Below are positions 60,007 through 64,000 of a stretch of 64,000 nt of DNA, piece by piece (within the stretch, counting starts at the first letter, position 1; each line of letters begins with the position of its first letter). Source of the stretch: Phoronis australis. Taxonomy: Eukaryota > Animalia > Phoronida. The stretch is from the NCBI GenBank assembly GCA_002633005.1, contig NMRA01000452.1, positions 220,270 to 284,269 of the forward strand, read 5' to 3'. The notes beneath the pieces are model-generated. The model did not search any database. It was not told the origin of the DNA and was given only the letters and a program-made list of their open reading frames with translations. Both the position numbers and the translations under genes were made by a program.

Positions 60007-60263
60007 TCACTGAAAAGCTCACATAAGCACCAAATTTGCATGAAAAGATTTTTTCCAGCTATATCTACTCTTTGTTCACTAATTTCATTTTGCACTGTTC
60101 ATATCATCACGTGCATGTACATATACAACCACCGCCATAAAGTTTCAAAACATTTAAAACTTAAATAATAATAATAGTCAGTGACAGACCACACCATTTA
60201 ACATAAATCACATCAAAACCACATAGCAATCAGAGTTGAAATGAAGATAATTCATACTCTGTG

Positions 60264-60417
60264 CAGTGGCGGAATTAAAGGGTCCAAGGGGTCATTCCTT
60301 CCCAAATTTTCCAAGATTCCATTTCGCAAGTTGGGGTGCGAATGTCTGATGGGGAAAAATCCTGGATTATACTGCACACTGGTCTCCCCCTAACTCAAAA
60401 TCCTGTATCCGCCCCTG
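60264..60417. mobile_element. 154-bp MITE
   Basis: TIRs CAGTGGCGGA / TCCGCCCCTG with CTGTG directly flanking both sides. Confidence 0.6.
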
Positions 60418-60540
60418 CTGTGGTCACAAGGGAATTAAAACTGCAGTTGCAACCAAACAAATACATCGTCCATTTGCATTATCCAGCAAGTATAAACACA
60501 CAAACTCAAAATCCTGTTGCGAGCATATTTAGGACATATA

Positions 60541-60770
60541 GACCTTCGCCCTGGTTAAAAGAATGAGGTCAAATCTCTTGGCGTGCACCGAGTGAAAACG
60601 GTGAGTTCACGATTTTGGGAACTGAAATAGGGACTGCTCGAAGAAAAAGTTTGATAACGGGAGTATTTGTTAGAAGGAATTAAACACATCGACAACCTCC
60701 TAAGGTGTTCCTCTATGCGCAAAAGGTCATCTCCTCTGGTCGGGACAACAGAGGCGATGGTCATTGCCTA
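60541..60770. mobile_element. Truncated, internally deleted copy of the MULE-like element
   Basis: Matches 61460-61763 with a deletion between GCGCAAAAGG and the terminal hairpin. Ends CATTGCCTA. Confidence 0.8.
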
Positions 60771-60819
60771 GCCGCCTGGTAGAGGTAGACACTACAGTGT
60801 TGCTAAGCCTAGTAAAGAG

Positions 60820-61763
60820 TAGGCAATGGCCATCGCCTCTGTTGGCCCGAACCAGAGGCGATGCAGAGGCTATAGGCGCTCTGTACGCCGGAAGCTTTTC
60901 GGCGAATTATGCCTCGCACCAACTAAACCATCAAAGTCACGTTGTTATAAATACCTTTTGCTTTTGCGCATAGAGGAACACCTTAGGAGGTTGCCGATGT
61001 GTTTAATTCCTTCCAACTCGAACAAATACTCCCGTTATCAAACTTTTTCTTCGAGTAGTCCCTATTTCAGTTCCCAAAATCGTGAACTCAACATTTTTAT
61101 ACTGCGCACGCTCCAATTTTTACCGCGCTCGCTAGGTGATGTGACTTCATGACCTCAATCTTTAAATGGGCCAAAGGTGAACCACTGCGGTCTTTTCAGT
61201 CAAATGTTCGTTGGCCAAAATGCCACCACTTATACTTGTCTTTAATTGGCGTTACTTGAAACTGATTGTATTTCAATGAATTATTGTTTGTATTTGATAA
61301 AAATAAATGCTGTTGATATGACATTTAATAGTCTTTGTGCACATATTTGACATTTTAATGTTTAACAACACGGCAAATGCACGGCTGGTTCCCGGCAGCA
61401 CGTACGCAGAGGGCGAGGACTTCAGCTTTCACAGTTCGCCGGTAGGACCGCAACTTCTGACCTTCGGCCTGGTTAAAAAAATTGAAAATTTTGATTTCAC
61501 GATTTTGGGAACTGAAATAGGGACTGCTCGAAGAAAAAGTTTGATAATGGGAGTATTTGTTCGACTTGGAAGGAATTAAACACATCGACAACCTCCTAAG
61601 GTGTTCCTCTATGCGCAAAAGGTATTTATAACAACGTAACTTTGATGGTTTAGTCGGTGCGAGGCATAATTCGCCGAAAAGCTTCCAGTGTACGGAGCGT
61701 CTATAGCCTCTGCATCGCCTCTGGTTCGGGCCAACAGAGCCTAGAGGCGATGGTCATTGCCTA
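60820..61763. mobile_element. 944-bp non-autonomous Mutator/Foldback-like element, about 270-bp TIRs, 9-bp TSD
   Basis: 60820-61087 and 61497-61763 are inverted repeats (TAGGCAATG...CATTGCCTA). Perfect TSD AGTAAAGAG at 60811-60819 and 61764-61772. Confidence 0.9.
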
Positions 61764-64000
61764 AGTAAAGAGAAGAGTATTTCTACGTGTCTCGCGATCC
61801 CGCTCTCCTGTTATTATGCAGTTTCAGTGTGTTTTTGGGTGATGTGACCGTGTCTTTGCTGGAAGTATGAGTGACAGTGTCGGGCGGTCGAAGTCAAAAA
61901 CAGATGCACAAAAACAAGTAAAAGATAGCCTCTTGACTGACTGTCTGAAAAACACAAGTCTGGCTGAGTTTTGCGAGTCCACAGACACAGTGCAAATAAG
62001 ACAGATTGTCAGAATAAATACCTTCTCTTCGGAAATGTTCCTACATCAAGATGTGCCTTCTGTGGTTCATCTGCAGAACATTTTGCAAATGAAATTTGGT
62101 TTTGAAATTCATTTTTGGACTTTAAAGTCAAGTCACCCGGCAACTTCGCTGTTTTGGACTCCATTTTGCAACCAAAGGTCAATGTGGTGAACCATTCCAA
62201 GATGAAGGTAGGACGATTTTGATTAGTCATTGCGCGTTTAAACATTTTGTTTATTGCATTCTATTTTCTTACTTTTATTTATACAGATAAATTTTAAATT
62301 TGCTTGCTCGCGTCATTTAACTTATTCTACAGTAATTTCAAAGCAAAATGGGAACCTTCATTGCATACGACCCCTATTTTATGGAATCGGCCATATGGAC
62401 TGAGAATGATAAAACTAAAATAATGCTCAGGTCAGATGTTGAAAGTTTTCGTTACAATTACTTGAGTGACACCTGGCGCTAGATATTGAGCTTTGTCCAG
62501 CCTAAACTTGAGTGACAACTGGCGTTAGGTTGGGTTTTGTCCCGACAACGGGTCCCGTGCGTGGATGTCAACAAAAGTTTTAACCATGAACCTAATACTT
62601 TTCCGGAAGAATGTTATGGTTAAATAAGGTCTATTGGGAAAATAGTTCGCATACAACGTGTATTCGTGCCAATAGTTGACCGCATAAAAACATGCATTTA
62701 GTAACTCGATCAGCTAGCTAAAATAAAAATCGAATTAGCCATTTTACCATAACTAGATAAAATCGACCTCATAATATCTCTTATCATGATGAGATTCTTT
62801 TTAGCTGTCAACAGAAGTCACAGACAGGCAATGTGTTTTCCCTATCTTCGAATAGCGAGAGTAGATACACCCAGTCCAAGCCTAGTAAGAACTGCCGGGT
62901 TTGAACTCGCACTGCACAGTGAGTGAGCCGTTGATGGGGGTTTCGATGTTCTTCTAGTAACAGAAATAGAAACTTCTCATTGTAAAACAAACAAAAAATG
63001 AGTTGATGAGAGTAAAAGGCCTATTTTGATTTTCATTTTGGTAGCTAAAGAGGTGAAATTTGGTAATTGTTGGTCGGAGCCATTGACTTGCATAAGGCCC
63101 AGATAGGAAAAGATAAGTCCATGGCGTTAGCACATCCGAGATACGAACAATTTGTTGCCATAGTAGCAAAGCATTCGGAGAATAACGAGCCTGCGGCCAA
63201 TGATTCTTTGATGAATAGTTTGTTTCTGTGGTTGTCCAAGGTAATAATTCTAACGTTATTAACTGATGATGTGCCGCCAGCCTCTGAACAATGCCTGAAT
63301 GCATTACTATTGACAGAGGTGTCATGTTCATTCAGCTAAGCCTTCGAGGCATCACAATAATTATTACATTCGGTGCAATCAATTCTGTTCATTGATACAA
63401 TAAACAACTTGGCTCTCACTAGTATATCCGATGCCGTTGTGTAGAGCCTTTGAAAATGGTCCAAACTTGGCTAATTTCGGAACGTCAGATCTCAGAGATG
63501 GCAGATGGGATATATATGAAACATTCACATTGTGTGCTAAGTTACTCAAAGTTCTTCGAAAAGCTTTCAGGATTTGTCTTTAAATTATTTCGTGAAAAAA
63601 TGCCCAAGTTGTGTTTTTGAAGCTTTCACACTGCACTATACTTCATGCAAAGTTCCCCAAAACTCCTTTCGGGGAGTATTTTTGAAATCCACTACTGCGT
63701 GAGAGTCTATAAAAATAAGATTTTTATGAAGAAACTCAAAAGTTGCACAATATAATGAAAGAAAAACAAAATAATTCCGGAAATTGGGTAGATCATTTTT
63801 TACAACACTGACATATGTGTAGATTCTACCAACCACTCGCATAAGTCACTCCTGATCAGATTTATTTGAATTAGGGCTGAGTACAATACAAGTGACGTAC
63901 CAATAAACTTTGAGTTAGGAGCAAAAATCAGACTTATGCACGACATGTGCACTTTATCGAGTTGACTAAACTCAACGTGTTTCTCCATTGCCGGATTAAG

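Noticed and set aside
61372-61472. HDV-like ribozyme suggested by TCCTCGC on the minus strand
   Set aside because: I could not build the nested double pseudoknot.

Overview
AT-rich, intron-rich genomic DNA from a bilaterian invertebrate (lophotrochozoan/mollusc-like is a weak inference). It is not prokaryotic, and most ORF-track entries are spurious or single exons. Six spliced genes were reconstructed by hand. LARP4 (+, 3' part only) converges on PHF14 (-). PHF14 is head-to-head with NDUFA4/COXFA4 (+), which converges on MRPL32 (-). MRPL32 is head-to-head with PSMA2 (+), which converges on AGPS (-, first exon not found). Six single-N joins (11553, 17427, 27694, 33949, 42603, 51187) mark contig junctions. 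Four of them are flanked by 0.9-2.3 kb near-identical duplicates that are most likely two haplotypes, not real exon duplications. Introns contain minisatellites, MITEs with diagnostic TSDs, solo-LTR-like units and Penelope relics. The most interesting signals are: two miR-210 seed sites in the short NDUFA4 3'UTR; two human-type divergent gene pairs adjacent here with very small promoters; an AGPS ending in SKL (PTS1); a minimal hammerhead ribozyme in an MRPL32 intron; a MULE-like element present in only one haplotype copy; candidate poison exons; and repeats that copy splice junctions. I found no clearly new multi-gene system.
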